From IMG/VR virus record IMGVR_UViG_3300027896_000040, positions 1 to 61,717 of that record: a stretch of 61,717 bases of DNA; one strand, given 5' to 3'. Below, in pieces: positions 30,338 through 39,779 of the stretch (within the stretch, counting starts at the first letter, position 1; each line of letters starts with the position of its first letter). Position numbers and translations under genes: made by a program. The DNA is from a virus. Taxonomy: Duplodnaviria > Caudoviricetes. The notes beneath the pieces are model-generated. The model worked only from the letters and a program-made list of their open reading frames with translations, did no database searches and had not been told where the DNA came from.

Positions 30338-31237
30338 TTATTGTATTACATCTTCATCATATACTTTATCAAACCCACAGTTAATATAGTTTGTATCAAA
30401 ATCTTTTCTAACTACACCGTGTGTTGGGTTTTCTTTACAAGCATTTCTATAAACAGCAAACCCAGTATGTGATGGCATTGATAATTGTCTTTTAATAGGA
30501 TAATGAGATGAAGGTGTACCTATATCTTTACCATTATGTTTAACTAAACTATTAACTGGTATGAAGTTAGTTTCATCATCATAGGCTAACATAATAAAGT
30601 GTATTTTTTTAGCTCTTAAATAGTAGCTTATTGTTAAATCATCAGATTTAGCTACACCTAAAAATTCATCAGTAAAGAAATCATCTTGTATAAACTTACG
30701 TCTATATGTTACTGAATGCCAATGACCTGGTATAGTGGCATAGGTGTCATGTTTAACTGGAAAGTAAACACCATGAGAAGATATTAGAATAAACTTTTTA
30801 TTACCATTATCATCTATAAATGTTCTTTTTTCTAATGGATTATCTCCTCTAAAACCAACAGCATAGTTTGGATATTTTGGAAGCTTTTTAAGAATATACT
30901 CAATCATACTATCTTCATATGCATGATCATCATCTAAAGCTATAATAATATCTTCAGGGTCGTTAATAATGTTGAACCCACCTACTACCTTTTCAATAGG
31001 ACCCCTATCTGTGTTTATTCTATTTAAAATTAACTTTGGATTTTCATCTGCTAACTTTTGTAACTCAGCTGGTATAATGTAAGGGGAGTTATCTGGGACG
31101 TACACATAAGGTATATTAAATATAACCTTATACTCTTTATCAGTTTTTTGATTGAGCAATGAAGTTATATTTTCAATTACAGAAGGTACATCTGCCAATC
31201 GTTTAGGTACTGTTGTCAAAGATATGAATATTCTCAT
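30338..31237 (-). CDS. GT-A glycosyltransferase, paralog of N-domain of 26804..28618
   Basis: Shared TDRGPIEKV, LDDDH, IPGHWHSVTY. Confidence 0.75.
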   Translation of the reverse strand: MRIFISLTTVPKRLADVPSVIENITSLLNQKTDKEYKVIFNIPYVYVPDNSPYIIPAELQKLADENPKLILNRINTDRGPIEKVVGGFNIINDPEDIIIALDDDHAYEDSMIEYILKKLPKYPNYAVGFRGDNPLEKRTFIDDNGNKKFILISSHGVYFPVKHDTYATIPGHWHSVTYRRKFIQDDFFTDEFLGVAKSDDLTISYYLRAKKIHFIMLAYDDETNFIPVNSLVKHNGKDIGTPSSHYPIKRQLSMPSHTGFAVYRNACKENPTHGVVRKDFDTNYINCGFDKVYDEDVIQ

Positions 31238-31243
31238 AAAAAA

Positions 31244-32524
31244 TTATTTATTAATGATATGTTCTATACGTTCTGCCCAGCCTTGTGATTTACTATGAGC
31301 CCAGATAACCCACTTATGAGGCTTCTTATCAGTTAAGAAGAACCGTTCAAAACTTGTCCAGTTATCTTTACGCGACATAATTTCTTTGACTTGTGCTTCA
31401 GTTAAATCTTCTCTTTGAACTGCAATACCGTTTTCATCATCAAACGCTACAACCCAAAAGTCATAATCATTCAATTTAAAATTACTCTTATCAAAGTTAA
31501 CTAAACAATAGAAAGAAGATGCAAAAGACTTCTCCCACTCTTCCTCATTATTAATTGGAGGGTTAGGTGGAAAGTTATTATGAACTGTGTACATCTGCAC
31601 TGCTTTACGCTTGAAATGCACACCAGCATACTTCTCATAATCTCTTAACGTTCTCACTGTACCAAGATCATAGCCAGTTAAATCTACATCATCATCTTTT
31701 TGAGTACGTAAAAGGTTACGAATACGCTTCCATGCTGCTTGTTGCTGTGCATACCAATCAACACCCCGCTTATATTGATCGTCCCATACTAACTTACCAG
31801 ATCTTTCCTCTCTCATTGTTGCATGCCATATAACTATCTTATGTGGGTGGAATAGATCGTAACCATACGTAAACGAACGCACAGTCATGTTGAGCTCTTC
31901 ACCACTAAACACAATACCTGGATCGTGCTTAATGTCTTTAGCCCATTGAGTGCGAGCAAACAAAAAGTGTCCAGAAATGAATCTTGAATGCACTGGCTCT
32001 GTTCTTGATTGCCAACCTTGTAGTAAGCTTGGACGGATAAAGATGGTACCGTGTGGATAGAAGCAAGCAAACTGCTGTTGCCAAGGCTCCTGACAACGAC
32101 TTTTTGGATCATTGAACGGGTCATAGTATGGTAGATAAGCTGTAAGGATTGGTTTGAAGCCTTTGTCTTCTAGTCCTTTGTGCATACTAATCAAAGTTTC
32201 ATCCCAATCCTTAGTAAATCTATGGTGAGAGTCTAATTGTAATAGATACGTCTCATCTGTAATCATATTGTTGATGCGTTGGCGAGCGTATGGTAATCCT
32301 TTAGCTTCCGTATAAAGCATCTCATCTATCTTAAAACGTGAATCGTTTCTAAATTCATCAATGTTATCAAATTTATCATCCGGGTGATACTGCCTGCAAA
32401 TACCGAAAACTAAACGTGATGGGTCCTTTGCCTGTGCTAAGCAATCTTTAATTGTTGGTACTAATTCTGGCTCTCTGTAAGCTGGTAAGTGTACCAAAAT
32501 AGTTTCTTTGTTTTGCTTTTTCAT
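31244..32524 (-). CDS. GT60-like polypeptide GlcNAc transferase
   Basis: AYREPE, LQLDSHHRF..DWD, FSGEE. Confidence 0.8.
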   Translation of the reverse strand: MKKQNKETILVHLPAYREPELVPTIKDCLAQAKDPSRLVFGICRQYHPDDKFDNIDEFRNDSRFKIDEMLYTEAKGLPYARQRINNMITDETYLLQLDSHHRFTKDWDETLISMHKGLEDKGFKPILTAYLPYYDPFNDPKSRCQEPWQQQFACFYPHGTIFIRPSLLQGWQSRTEPVHSRFISGHFLFARTQWAKDIKHDPGIVFSGEELNMTVRSFTYGYDLFHPHKIVIWHATMREERSGKLVWDDQYKRGVDWYAQQQAAWKRIRNLLRTQKDDDVDLTGYDLGTVRTLRDYEKYAGVHFKRKAVQMYTVHNNFPPNPPINNEEEWEKSFASSFYCLVNFDKSNFKLNDYDFWVVAFDDENGIAVQREDLTEAQVKEIMSRKDNWTSFERFFLTDKKPHKWVIWAHSKSQGWAERIEHIINK

Positions 32525-33777
32525 ACGTATGGTAAATTGTTCTCAATAATTTTGCATTCCCAACCTTTTGACTTACTATGCGGCCATAATGTCCATTTAG
32601 TTGGTCTTACATCTGTACTAAACTCTCTCCAAATGTGAATAAACTTATCATTTGGATCTGTTTGCATAAGAGCCTTTAATTCATTTTCATCAATATCTTT
32701 TCTAAACAAGTCTGTATTCTTTTCGTCCTTGAACACACATACAATGAAATCGTAATCAGGCTCTGGTAAGTCAGGCTTATAAACGTCAATACAGTGTTTG
32801 GTCCAGCTGCAAAGACTCTTATCAAACTCTTCTCTTGTTGTGAATGGTACTGGGGGGGTTGACTCATCTAAACAATTCTTATGGAAGCGTCTTGTTTTAA
32901 AGTATACACCAGCAAAGTTTTCAAAATCAGTTAACGTTTTTTTTGTACCTAAACCGTAAGCACCGAAGTTAATTTGATTTGGATTTTCACCATCAATACC
33001 TAAAAGAATCTTAACTCTCTTATACGAGATTAAATTGATATCATTCCAATTCTTATGATCATCCCAATGCTTCTTTTGATTAGCTCTGGTGTATTGATGC
33101 CAAATAAACACCTTATGTGGTGCAAACAAATCGTAACCTTTAGTAAATGATCTCACTGCTAACGATATTTCCTCACCGTGAAAGTAAAGATCTGGATCGT
33201 ACGGCACCTCTAAACACCACTTACCTTGTGTAAAAATAAAATGAGCTGAAAATCCTCTGCTTGGGGCTGGTAACGTACGATTCTGCCAATCTCTTAATGT
33301 AGAAGGTCTTAGAAAAATCACCCCTTCTGGTAAGAATCTATCGTAGTTAACTTGCCAAGGCTCCATAACCCTACCATTCGGTTCAGTTGTTGGATCGTAA
33401 CTTGGAAGATAACTACTGAGTAATGGCTTGGTGACACCACTCTCTTTTAAACTTTTATACATTTCAATAGCAGTAACATCCCAATCCTGTGCAAATCTAT
33501 GATGCGAGTCTAACTGTAAAGTGTATGTCTCACCATCGTACTGCTGCTGTATTTTACTTCTTATCCAACAAGCACCTTTTGTTTCAGTGTAAGGTACGTC
33601 TAAGATTTTAACTTGCGGTAAATTTTTAATCTGTGAAATATCTTCATCACCAGCATGTTGCCACCCGATGCAAATATGTAATGATTTTGGGTGTTTAGCT
33701 TTTGCGATACAATCTAAAACTGTTGGCACTAATTCAGGGTCTCTGTAAGAAGCTATTTGAACAAAAATCGTATGCAT
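32521..33777 (-). CDS. GT60-like polypeptide GlcNAc transferase
   Basis: IFVQIASYRDPE, LQLDSHHRF..DWD, EVPYDP.LYFHGEE. Confidence 0.85.
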   Translation of the reverse strand: MHTIFVQIASYRDPELVPTVLDCIAKAKHPKSLHICIGWQHAGDEDISQIKNLPQVKILDVPYTETKGACWIRSKIQQQYDGETYTLQLDSHHRFAQDWDVTAIEMYKSLKESGVTKPLLSSYLPSYDPTTEPNGRVMEPWQVNYDRFLPEGVIFLRPSTLRDWQNRTLPAPSRGFSAHFIFTQGKWCLEVPYDPDLYFHGEEISLAVRSFTKGYDLFAPHKVFIWHQYTRANQKKHWDDHKNWNDINLISYKRVKILLGIDGENPNQINFGAYGLGTKKTLTDFENFAGVYFKTRRFHKNCLDESTPPVPFTTREEFDKSLCSWTKHCIDVYKPDLPEPDYDFIVCVFKDEKNTDLFRKDIDENELKALMQTDPNDKFIHIWREFSTDVRPTKWTLWPHSKSKGWECKIIENNLPYV

Positions 33778-33815
33778 AAAATTATATTATATTACAAAAC
33801 AAAAAAAATCTACTC

Positions 33816-34190
33816 TTATAACATATTATCAAAGTATTTGATTTCTTTACCGTCAGTATTGTACATCTTTTCAAATCCATAATCATCTAACTCACACCCA
33901 TACCCTTTGTAATCATCTGTTATACCTTCATAAGCATATGAATTACGAACACCGATATAAAAATAGTCGTTATCCAACACGGTAAATTCGTCAATGTACG
34001 AAGCATCTTTTTCATTTATATAATCGTAAAGGTTGCCATCCTTATCGCAATGCTCTTCCATCCACAACTTACTATAATGGTTAAAAGCGTCCTTTATTGA
34101 ACCGGCAAATTCCGGTAACAGTTCACCTTTTTGAAACCCGTTATGATTGTAAGTTATTTTACGTACCTTAATTTTATCAAAATCAATCAT
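33816..34190 (-). CDS. Hypothetical protein
   Basis: ORF. Confidence 0.55.
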   Translation of the reverse strand: MIDFDKIKVRKITYNHNGFQKGELLPEFAGSIKDAFNHYSKLWMEEHCDKDGNLYDYINEKDASYIDEFTVLDNDYFYIGVRNSYAYEGITDDYKGYGCELDDYGFEKMYNTDGKEIKYFDNML

Positions 34191-34465
34191 GCAACATTAT
34201 CAGCATCATGCTGAATAATTTGAGCAACTTTTACGATAGGGTTCTTGATATCTTCAGCTAAATACTTTGCAGTCTCACGTAAATCGCGTTTTGAAATCTT
34301 ATTATCACGGCATTCATAATTGAATATAAAAAATGATTCCATAAGGTCCTTCAACCTCTTAACGTAAATAGGTGACCTGATTCTTTTAAGATATTCAGCT
34401 CTTGGATCTTTTATTTCTGTTGTTTTCGTACTTTTCATTAAAAATTTCTCGATAACATGTGACAA
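34187..34465 (-). CDS. Hypothetical protein
   Basis: ORF. Confidence 0.5.
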   Translation of the reverse strand: MSHVIEKFLMKSTKTTEIKDPRAEYLKRIRSPIYVKRLKDLMESFFIFNYECRDNKISKRDLRETAKYLAEDIKNPIVKVAQIIQHDADNVA

Positions 34466-35010
34466 ATGTTCCCAGCTTCATAAAAAAACTTATAAATATA
34501 TAACCTAACTTTCATAATAAATTTTGTGTGTAGGAAATATTTATTATACCAAATGTTATTGGTTCTTATAATTTCGTCTTCTATTGCCATGTCTCTTGCT
34601 TTACGTTCAGCATTGTCAGTCTTTTTGAACTCAGACAGAGTAATCTCCACTACATCACCATACAATAAAGTAGCGTTATATTCCACCCAACAATCCCATT
34701 TACCCTGTACATCTCTTATGCTATCATAAAAATTAATCACACCAGTATGTAAAACTCGCTCCACGTACGGGCCGTTATATTCAATGTGCCCTAAATTAAA
34801 ACGTTTATCATTATTTTTTTCTGGTTCAATATATTTTGATTCTTTATACTTTTCAATATAAAGCTTACCCCCTTCAATGGTAAAATTGCACAGTATATTA
34901 TCCAAGTCTTTAGTTTGAAAGTTAATTAAAGTGCCGCTAAGACCTAACGAAGTCATGTCATCGTTGTAAGGTAAATCATCTTTATAAGCTATGTAATCAA
35001 AAAGTCCCAT
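34438..35010 (-). CDS. Hypothetical phage protein (MGLFD...FQTKDL family)
   Basis: Motifs. Confidence 0.65.
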   Translation of the reverse strand: MGLFDYIAYKDDLPYNDDMTSLGLSGTLINFQTKDLDNILCNFTIEGGKLYIEKYKESKYIEPEKNNDKRFNLGHIEYNGPYVERVLHTGVINFYDSIRDVQGKWDCWVEYNATLLYGDVVEITLSEFKKTDNAERKARDMAIEDEIIRTNNIWYNKYFLHTKFIMKVRLYIYKFFYEAGNICHMLSRNF

Positions 35011-35053
35011 ACATTAATTATAGTACTTTTCCGAAATAAACAAGTGTATAAAC

Positions 35054-35080
35054 AAAAAAGCTCTAGCTTTCGCTAGAGCT
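35054..35080 (-). terminator. Intrinsic terminator
   Basis: AGCTCTAGC-GAAA-GCTAGAGCT plus U-tract. Confidence 0.85.
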
Positions 35081-35096
35081 CTTGTTGTAAGTTTTA

Positions 35097-36086
35097 TTAA
35101 GCTACTGTCATCAGTGCCTTCTGACCGGCATTGATAAACTCATTAACCTGGTTATCATTACGGATAACATTCCAGAAGTTCTGCTTAGCCATGCGTCCAA
35201 GCCCGAACTCTGACGAAACAAACTGCCTGCCGGTATTCGCACCTTTATTGCGGGTAGACTCGTGCGTGTAAAAATCAGTAACAGCACTAAATGCATCAGC
35301 ACGATTCTTACCATCGTTACCCTTACCGGTAGCAAAAAGCTCTGTAAGACGATTTACCTTATTAAGGCTTCGAATGGAGATCTCCTTATCCATATCATTA
35401 CGGAGAGTCCAACCCGTAAACAAATTACGTGCGTCATTAGCACTGAGATCAATGCTCATCAAACGTTTAAACTCAGCCTTATATTCAGCCTGGCAACCAA
35501 GATGAGCATCGATAATCTCAGCAATGTTAGAGATCTTTACTTCAACATTACCGCGGTGAAAAACGCGAATATCAATAACAGAGTTCTTATTGTTAAGATT
35601 GTACGAAAACGTATTATTACAAACGGTACAAACGTTCGTGTTATTAACCCATAGAACACAAGACTGGTCATGACCATTACCAAAGTTAAGGTAATCCATA
35701 AACTCACGCTTACCAATCTTATAAAACGAACTATCCTTTAGTGAAAGCGAAACAAATACACGTCCGCGGTTGCAAACCGATCCAACCGACTCAACCTTAA
35801 CCCCCTTAATACCAGAGACAGCTTCCTTGATCATACCAAGAAAGATGCTATTGCTAATGGGTTTGTAAGTGTCTGGGAACGGCTTACCGATAACCTCACC
35901 ATCGTCGTTACCGACAAGAATACTAAAATCCGTATCAACCCCATCAAGCTGTAGCCTACGAGTTTCGATATCCCACTTAGTGAGCCAATTATTGTCGAGA
36001 CCGAGATCGATCATCACATCGGTTAGACCGTGCCAACCCATCTCAACGCCTTGCTGCTTATCACGCTTTTCGATTCTATGTGCCAT
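35097..36086 (-). CDS. DUF932 family protein
   Basis: MAH, WHGL, NGHD, VCNNT. Confidence 0.8.
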   Translation of the reverse strand: MAHRIEKRDKQQGVEMGWHGLTDVMIDLGLDNNWLTKWDIETRRLQLDGVDTDFSILVGNDDGEVIGKPFPDTYKPISNSIFLGMIKEAVSGIKGVKVESVGSVCNRGRVFVSLSLKDSSFYKIGKREFMDYLNFGNGHDQSCVLWVNNTNVCTVCNNTFSYNLNNKNSVIDIRVFHRGNVEVKISNIAEIIDAHLGCQAEYKAEFKRLMSIDLSANDARNLFTGWTLRNDMDKEISIRSLNKVNRLTELFATGKGNDGKNRADAFSAVTDFYTHESTRNKGANTGRQFVSSEFGLGRMAKQNFWNVIRNDNQVNEFINAGQKALMTVA

Positions 36087-36149
36087 ATGATTTGTTAGTT
36101 AATTGTTACTTGAAGTAATTATAAAGAAGTTCCTTCAAGTAACAATTAT

Positions 36150-36692
36150 TTAAACAAATATTTTCGTTTCTTGCAATTGGCGGTAAATAGCTATTGTATA
36201 ATTATACCCCATCACTACTTCATCTAACACATCAACAGACACCTTATTGGATAGCACTTCTAAAGTATCATTTATGTAATCAAAATCCAAATACGTGCAA
36301 GGCTGTGTAAGCTTTGTCTTTGTAATTTGCCCACCTGTTAAATCCTCCCCATACCTAACGTACATATGAGCTAATACACAGTTGTAATCGTTCGATTCTT
36401 TAATGTAATTACAGTATTCATGGGTTGCAGGTAATATAACATGTTTGATATTTTCCCCAACGAGACTTTCGTAATTATGTTTGGCTAACAAATATCTAGG
36501 CAAAGAAGGTAAATTGTCTAACAAATTAAACTTTGAAGCAGTATCTTCCAGTGCTTGGTAAATTTGTATCATTTGGTAGATATATTTGCTGCAATCCTCT
36601 AATGTAGCCTCTCCTGATTGTAAGTATCTATAGAAAAGCATTGTAACTAACTCTTCATGTTTAGGTTGTAGAATTTCTTTGAAAGAGTTCAT
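36150..36692 (-). CDS. Heme oxygenase-like protein
   Basis: KHEE, IYQALE, LAHMYVRY...DLTGGQI. Confidence 0.75.
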   Translation of the reverse strand: MNSFKEILQPKHEELVTMLFYRYLQSGEATLEDCSKYIYQMIQIYQALEDTASKFNLLDNLPSLPRYLLAKHNYESLVGENIKHVILPATHEYCNYIKESNDYNCVLAHMYVRYGEDLTGGQITKTKLTQPCTYLDFDYINDTLEVLSNKVSVDVLDEVVMGYNYTIAIYRQLQETKIFV

Positions 36693-36707
36693 ATATGTGA
36701 TTATAAT

Positions 36708-36740
36708 AAAAAACCCCTTACTTTTTATTGCGGTAAGGGG
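36708..36740 (-). terminator. Intrinsic terminator
   Basis: CCCCTTAC/GTAAGGGG plus U-tract. Confidence 0.75.
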
Positions 36741-36765
36741 TCAATTATATCTAGTTAAAGAATTA

Positions 36766-37467
36766 TTAGAACTTTAACTTATAGCCTACGTCATAACCAA
36801 CAACCTGGTTGATTTTGGTTGTCACATCTACGCGATGTACAAAGCCATCTACGTAGATCCCGTAGTAGTTAAGACCGATACCTGCTGTTGCATAGTGCTT
36901 GTCGTTCTTAAGTACTGCGAGTGTTGGAGCGCCTGGATCGTTAAAACCAACTCCAACTGCTGGAACAACCTTAAGACCCTTTACTAAGCCCGTATTAATT
37001 GGAAGACGGACATTAGCTTCGTAGTTATTGCTACGGTTCTTGGTATCGTTAAGAGCTGTTGCATCCCAAACAAACATTTCAGTAATATGACCATCAATTC
37101 TTACGAATGGTAGTACATCTGACTTTACTTTGTTGAATGCATATGCAGTGTCAGCATTGCGAAGATCGGCACCAAATGTCAAGTTAGCAAGATCTGACTT
37201 GAATGTGTAGCCTGCGTTAGCAATTAATAGCTTATATCCACCCCTAACACCGTTATTTGCTTGATATGCACTGTATGTGTCGAGACCGAGATCAACGCCA
37301 TATACAGAAACACCTACACCAGCTGTAATAAAATTAGATCCAATTAAAGCACCTTGCTGAATAAGCTTTGATGTAAAGCCTACGTCAATAGACACATTTA
37401 CTGGAGTCTGACTATAGCCAGTTGCTATAACAAGAACCAATGTTAATATAGTTATTAGTTTTTTCAT
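36766..37467 (-). CDS. Outer-membrane beta-barrel protein
   Basis: Signal peptide, amphipathic strands, C-terminal VGYKLKF. Confidence 0.75.
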   Translation of the reverse strand: MKKLITILTLVLVIATGYSQTPVNVSIDVGFTSKLIQQGALIGSNFITAGVGVSVYGVDLGLDTYSAYQANNGVRGGYKLLIANAGYTFKSDLANLTFGADLRNADTAYAFNKVKSDVLPFVRIDGHITEMFVWDATALNDTKNRSNNYEANVRLPINTGLVKGLKVVPAVGVGFNDPGAPTLAVLKNDKHYATAGIGLNYYGIYVDGFVHRVDVTTKINQVVGYDVGYKLKF

Positions 37468-37515
37468 ACGTCAATATTTAATCTTGTTTTGATTTTTTAC
37501 CAATTAGGAACTTTT

Positions 37516-37782
37516 TTAAACACTCTTTTTTTGTTTTCTCTGTTTCTTACTAACGGGAGAGGTAGTATCTGATACCACTTCAAACGTTTCATTATTGGAA
37601 ATCTCCTCTTTTTGCTCCTTTTTTTCTGGCTGCGGAGCGGTCCACTCTAGTTTCAAGTTCAAAACTTGGCACAAAACATCCAAATATGCTCTATTATTGT
37701 CGTGCTCTTCTAATGAAAGAGGAGCCTTACGTGTGGCATTGTATAGATTAATAAGTGCTTGTTGAGCTGTTATTGGTTTCAT
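37516..37782 (-). CDS. Hypothetical protein
   Basis: ORF. Confidence 0.55.
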   Translation of the reverse strand: MKPITAQQALINLYNATRKAPLSLEEHDNNRAYLDVLCQVLNLKLEWTAPQPEKKEQKEEISNNETFEVVSDTTSPVSKKQRKQKKSV

Positions 37783-37826
37783 ATCTAATATAATATATTA
37801 TCTTCTTTGAAATACAACTTTTAAAA

Positions 37827-37882
37827 TGGCGGGTACGACAGGGCTCCCACCTGTAACCGGAAATTTTAGAGATTTCTGCTCT
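37827..37882 (-). pseudogene. 3' remnant of tRNA with CUA (amber) anticodon
   Basis: GAAAT-CTCTAAA-ATTTC arm, degenerate T-loop, ends CCA; D-arm missing. Confidence 0.6.
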
Positions 37883-37887
37883 GGAAA

Positions 37888-37962
37888 TGGTACCCCCGGC
37901 GGGATTCGAACCCACATAAGACGGCTTAGAAGACCGGTGCACATCCATTATACCACAGGGGC
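37888..37962 (-). tRNA. tRNA-Arg(TCT)
   Basis: Cloverleaf, loop CTTCTAA, CCA. Confidence 0.85.
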
Positions 37963-37969
37963 ATGAAAT

Positions 37970-38045
37970 TGGAGCGGCAGATGGGGCTCGAACCCACAAC
38001 ATCCAGCTTGGAAGGATGGCGCTCTACCAATTGAGCTACTACCGC
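37970..38045 (-). tRNA. tRNA-Gly(TCC)
   Basis: Loop CTTCCAA, CCA. Confidence 0.9.
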
Positions 38046-38230
38046 AAATTGGTTAAATCAAACAACGTAAAGTCATTTATTATATCTTCGTACCCTTTAT
38101 CTTGTTTATAAATTTGCAAAATACGGCCATGCTCATAATCTGTAGTAGGGAAGATCTTTGGTTCGTACCCAGGTAAAAAGATTGCCGTGTATGAATGTTG
38201 TCTGTCCACCATTCTACGTATTACCATCAT
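38039..38230 (-). CDS. Hypothetical protein
   Basis: ORF. Confidence 0.5.
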   Translation of the reverse strand: MMVIRRMVDRQHSYTAIFLPGYEPKIFPTTDYEHGRILQIYKQDKGYEDIINDFTLFDLTNLR

Positions 38231-38251
38231 AATAGTCAGATGTGTCTTTAG

Positions 38252-38497
38252 TTACTTCCACTGAACTCTCTTATGGCTTGTCTTCTTTTGTATCTTACCT
38301 TTAATTGATTTGCACTGAGCGTGGGTAGGTCTGCATGCTGGGTACTTATCACCTTTACTCTTTGAAGAGCAAGGACCGCCAGTACGGCAATTAACCCAAC
38401 CTTTAAAACGTTTACCTGTTCTCTTATCAATATGTGGTTTAAACCAATCTCTAAGAGACTCATGTATTAAAGCTATCTGTCTGTCAAACTCTCTCAT
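38252..38497 (-). CDS. Small basic T4-like protein (ESLRDWF...KYPACRP)
   Basis: Motif. Confidence 0.7.
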   Translation of the reverse strand: MREFDRQIALIHESLRDWFKPHIDKRTGKRFKGWVNCRTGGPCSSKSKGDKYPACRPTHAQCKSIKGKIQKKTSHKRVQWK

Positions 38498-38664
38498 TTT
38501 TTCTTTTTAAATGCTTTACCTTTACGGCATTTAGCTAATGCACCCGATGCATAAGCACTTGGCCACACTTTATATCTAGCTTTAACTGCATAATAGCATC
38601 TATCTTTCTTTTCAGATAGCAATTGGTTTTCAATCTCTTCAATCTTACTATTAAACAAGTTCAC
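38494..38664 (-). CDS. Small basic T4-like protein (KVWPSAYASGAL..CRK)
   Basis: Motif; GTG start after TAAATA. Confidence 0.7.
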   Translation of the reverse strand: MNLFNSKIEEIENQLLSEKKDRCYYAVKARYKVWPSAYASGALAKCRKGKAFKKKK

Positions 38665-38685
38665 ACCATTATTTAATGATAAAAG

Positions 38686-38722
38686 TGGTGGGTAAAGAGG
38701 GACTCGAACCCACAACACCCCC
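38686..38722 (-). pseudogene. 3' tRNA fragment (T-arm, acceptor 3' strand, CCA)
   Basis: GTGGGTTCGAGTCCCTCTTTACCCACCA without 5' half. Confidence 0.65.
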
Positions 38723-38750
38723 ACGTATTACGATCATAATATTATTTAAA

Positions 38751-38827
38751 TGGGGCGATAGACGAGATTTGAACTCGCAATCCCAAGATCCACAATCTTG
38801 TGCCTTAACCGTTTGGCCACTACCGCC
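38751..38827 (-). tRNA. tRNA-His(GTG)
   Basis: Loop TTGTGGA, G-1, CCA. Confidence 0.9.
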
Positions 38828-38843
38828 ATTATACAGGAGCAAA

Positions 38844-39155
38844 TTAATCAGATGTGTCTTTTGTGTACCAAACCTTTAATGAAGGTGAAAGGTAGTGGTG
38901 GGTATGCATACCAGTAGACCACTCTAGCCAATCTTTTGTTTCATCAATAATGCTAGTATCAAAATTTGCACCACCATACAAACCACCTATACCACCAAGG
39001 TGCTTATACCCTTGTGGTACCCCTTTTACAAATGTAACTGGTACTTTCTCACCATTTGGGTATTTCCATATTACTTCTTGCGGACCATTAAAACCCCATT
39101 TCTCTGTAACAAAACTATATTGTTCTGCTATTGCGTAATAGTCTTTTGTACTCAT
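38844..39155 (-). CDS. Hypothetical protein
   Basis: From MSTKDYY, TAAATA upstream. Confidence 0.6.
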   Translation of the reverse strand: MSTKDYYAIAEQYSFVTEKWGFNGPQEVIWKYPNGEKVPVTFVKGVPQGYKHLGGIGGLYGGANFDTSIIDETKDWLEWSTGMHTHHYLSPSLKVWYTKDTSD

Positions 39156-39167
39156 GTAATTATTTAA

Positions 39168-39250
39168 TGGTGCCCTGGGAGGGATTCGAACCCTCAAAAA
39201 GCTGCGGTCTAAACGCAGTAGCTGTACCAATTTGCATGTCTCACCGGGGC
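39168..39250 (-). tRNA. tRNA-Leu(TAG), short variable arm, enlarged D-loop
   Basis: CTGCG-TTTAGAC-CGCAG. Confidence 0.85.
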
Positions 39251-39257
39251 ATAAAAA

Positions 39258-39333
39258 TGGTGCACTAGCCGAGACTCGAACTCGGAGTTTCCTGCTTGGC
39301 AAGCAGGTGCATTAACCATTATGCTACTAGTGC
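39258..39333 (-). tRNA. tRNA-Gly(GCC)
   Basis: Loop TTGCCAA. Confidence 0.9.
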
Positions 39334-39358
39334 ATTTAAAATTACTTATCGACTAAAA

Positions 39359-39434
39359 TGGAGCTTCCAGCCGGTATTGAACCGGCCGCCTCAATCTTAC
39401 CAAGATCGCGCTCTACCATCTGAGTTATGGAAGC
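39359..39434 (-). tRNA. tRNA-Thr(GGT)
   Basis: Loop TTGGTAA. Confidence 0.9.
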
Positions 39435-39440
39435 ATAAAA

Positions 39441-39514
39441 TGGTAGGGCCTTCCGGACTTGAACCGATATATGAGAGTTTGCAGACTCTTGCCTGGCCGT
39501 TTGGCTACTGATGC
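39441..39514 (-). pseudogene. Chimeric pseudo-tRNA-Cys(GCA)
   Basis: Acceptor strands GCATCAG/AGGCCCT do not pair; 6-nt anticodon loop. Confidence 0.65.
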
Positions 39515-39520
39515 ATAAAA

Positions 39521-39597
39521 TGGTACACTCGGAGGGATTTAAACCCCCAGCCTTCCGGTCCGTGGCCAGAAGCTCTATTCAGTTGAGCTACAAGTGT
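39521..39597 (-). tRNA. tRNA-Arg(ACG)
   Basis: Loop CCACGGA (C33). Confidence 0.85.
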
Positions 39598-39598
39598 A

Positions 39599-39683
39599 TG
39601 GTGCTCCAGCGGGGAATCGAACCCCGAAAACGACAGATTTTAAGTCTGTAAGCTGTACCGATTCGCTACTACGTCACTGGAGC
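39599..39683 (-). tRNA. tRNA-Leu(TAA), short variable arm, enlarged D-loop
   Basis: ACAGA-CTTAAAA-TCTGT. Confidence 0.85.
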
Positions 39684-39692
39684 GTAAAAAAA

Positions 39693-39779
39693 CGGAAAGG
39701 GAGGGATTCGAACCCCCGGATGCCTTAAAGCATCGGAAGTTTAGTAAACTTCTGCTATAGACCGCTCAGCCACCTTTCC
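39693..39779 (-). tRNA. tRNA-Ser(ACT)
   Basis: GAAGT-TTACTAA-ACTTC, long variable arm, G73, no encoded CCA. Confidence 0.85.
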
